64,000 bases of DNA from positions 622,751-686,750 of the forward strand of contig OZ316898.1 of the NCBI GenBank assembly GCA_973895155.1, read 5' to 3'. Within the stretch, counting starts at the first letter, position 1; every line of letters starts with the position of its first letter. The notes beneath the pieces are model-generated. The model was not told where the DNA came from. It saw only the letters and a list, made by a program, of their open reading frames with translations, and searched no databases. This DNA is from Marsupella aquatica (lineage: Eukaryota > Plantae > Marchantiophyta). Shown piece by piece: positions 62,704-64,000 of the stretch. The position numbers were made by a program, and so were the translations under genes.

Positions 62704-64000
62704 TCAAAACACTACAAAAATTCCAAAGTTGCTGATTCTCTCTTCTTTTGCCTCGGTGTAAGTTTCACGAGTTGTAGCAGGATGCTCCTGCTTCAGAAAG
62801 CCCGACTCCCAAGACCCAACATGGTCAAACATTCGAAGCCTCTGTTCTGTTGTAGGTCTGTCTTCCGAGCCAAGTCTACCATTTCTAGCAGGATCATTTT
62901 GCTCCAGAAAATCCGACACCGAAGATCCACCGTCCGCAGAACTTTCAGGGCTCTCTTCTAGACAAGTTTTTGCTATTGATCTAACTTCACAGCTTCCAGC
63001 AGGTTTGTCTAGCTCGAGGAAGTTCGATTCCCAAGGTTTAAGATCATCTTCAAAGCTTTCAAACCTCCTTTCAAAAGAACTCTTATCGGCTAAACCAATT
63101 TTACGGCTTCCAATAGGATTTTCCTGCATCACAAAGCCTGAATCCCAATATCCACCAACTTCAAAACTGATGAGACTGTCTTCTGAACCTACTCTTCCTT
63201 CAGAGCCATCAAGAATGGTTCCAACAGTATCATTCTGTTCCAGAAAGTTTGGACTTCTAGATCCAGAAAATTCTTCGAAACTTGCTAGCCTCTCTCCTGA
63301 ACGCTCTGTTGACCTGGAGGTAATTTCAAAGGTTCCAGCAGGGTTAACCTGCTTCAGAACGTCTGAGTCCCAGAATTCTAAATCTTCAAGAATTGTAAAG
63401 CCCTCACCTGGAATGGTCCCTCCCTTTGCACCGCGTTCAAAGGTTCCAAGAGGATATTCCTGCTCCCGAAAGTTTGAGTCCCAGGATCCAATATTATCTT
63501 CAAAACTGGAAAGAGGCTCTTCTGAAATGGATGCCTTACTACCGAATTGACAGGAATGAACAGGATTGTCAACCTCCAGAAAGTCTGAACCCCAGGACTG
63601 ACCGCCTTCAAGATTTGGGCACATCTGTGCGGAAGATTGGCAGCGGCTCAAATCAGTACCGTCGAGACCATCCAAAGATATGAATCTTATATTGGCCGTG
63701 ACCGGCACGTTCCAGCTCGTTTCCAGGAAGCATTCGGGGGAATTAGTAGCTCCGTTTTGAGAAGAAGTGTTCAAGTTTCCACTGTCAGGTTTCCGTGGAA
63801 TTGTATCTTGCATTCGCATGAAGTCCAATGTTGGAGAGGCAATTCGCTTAGGATTTTCTTGTGAGGCTAACCGCCAGCTGGCATTAGAAACCATTGGAGA
63901 ACTACACGAATAGTTTCTCTGCAGTCGGCAGGAAACGTTATTTTCCGATCTGGCAGGACCAAAAAGAGTACCCAAAAATGAACTGGATTCGCGTAGCTTC
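62704..64000 (-). CDS. Unknown acidic Ser-rich protein with ~8 tandem 37-38 aa repeats; 5' end outside the window
   Basis: Frame is open to the window edge. Repeat core [SF]W[DE]SxFLxQxxPxG[TS]. Confidence 0.6.
   Translation of the reverse strand, partial: KLRESSSFLGTLFGPARSENNVSCRLQRNYSCSSPMVSNASWRLASQENPKRIASPTLDFMRMQDTIPRKPDSGNLNTSSQNGATNSPECFLETSWNVPVTANIRFISLDGLDGTDLSRCQSSAQMCPNLEGGQSWGSDFLEVDNPVHSCQFGSKASISEEPLSSFEDNIGSWDSNFREQEYPLGTFERGAKGGTIPGEGFTILEDLEFWDSDVLKQVNPAGTFEITSRSTERSGERLASFEEFSGSRSPNFLEQNDTVGTILDGSEGRVGSEDSLISFEVGGYWDSGFVMQENPIGSRKIGLADKSSFERRFESFEDDLKPWESNFLELDKPAGSCEVRSIAKTCLEESPESSADGGSSVSDFLEQNDPARNGRLGSEDRPTTEQRLRMFDHVGSWESGFLKQEHPATTRETYTEAKEERISNFGIFVVF

Overview
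Eukaryotic land-plant genomic DNA, probably from a non-seed plant such as a liverwort (inferred from gene content and intron style, not proven). The central gene island (about 22.6-42.1 kb) has three minus-strand genes: an intronless SIP aquaporin, a 6-exon CTL/PNS1 choline-transporter-like gene with a very long Pro-rich N-terminus, and a 7-exon WSD1-type wax ester synthase/DGAT. Transposon-rich blocks flank it. The left block (1-18.8 kb) holds a P-element/THAP9-like DDE transposase with two zinc fingers and a 3.8-kb TG...CA element with a CCTAG target-site duplication (TSD) around one long stop-interrupted ORF. It also holds a family of elements with CCCTGGG terminal inverted repeats (TIRs) and an 8-bp TSD, and a decayed Ty1/copia. 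The right block (44-64 kb) holds two inverted MULE transposase relics, a full-length but mutated Ty1/copia (344-bp LTRs, ATCAC TSD), a solo LTR, two MITEs, a STIG1-like pseudogene and an ORF with an unrecognised 37-38 aa tandem repeat. The best candidate for an undescribed system is a P-like DNA transposon family: the transposase, a probable terminus at 11312, and two non-autonomous derivatives that share the TIR and an equally spaced subterminal motif. All alignments were made by eye; no database search was run.
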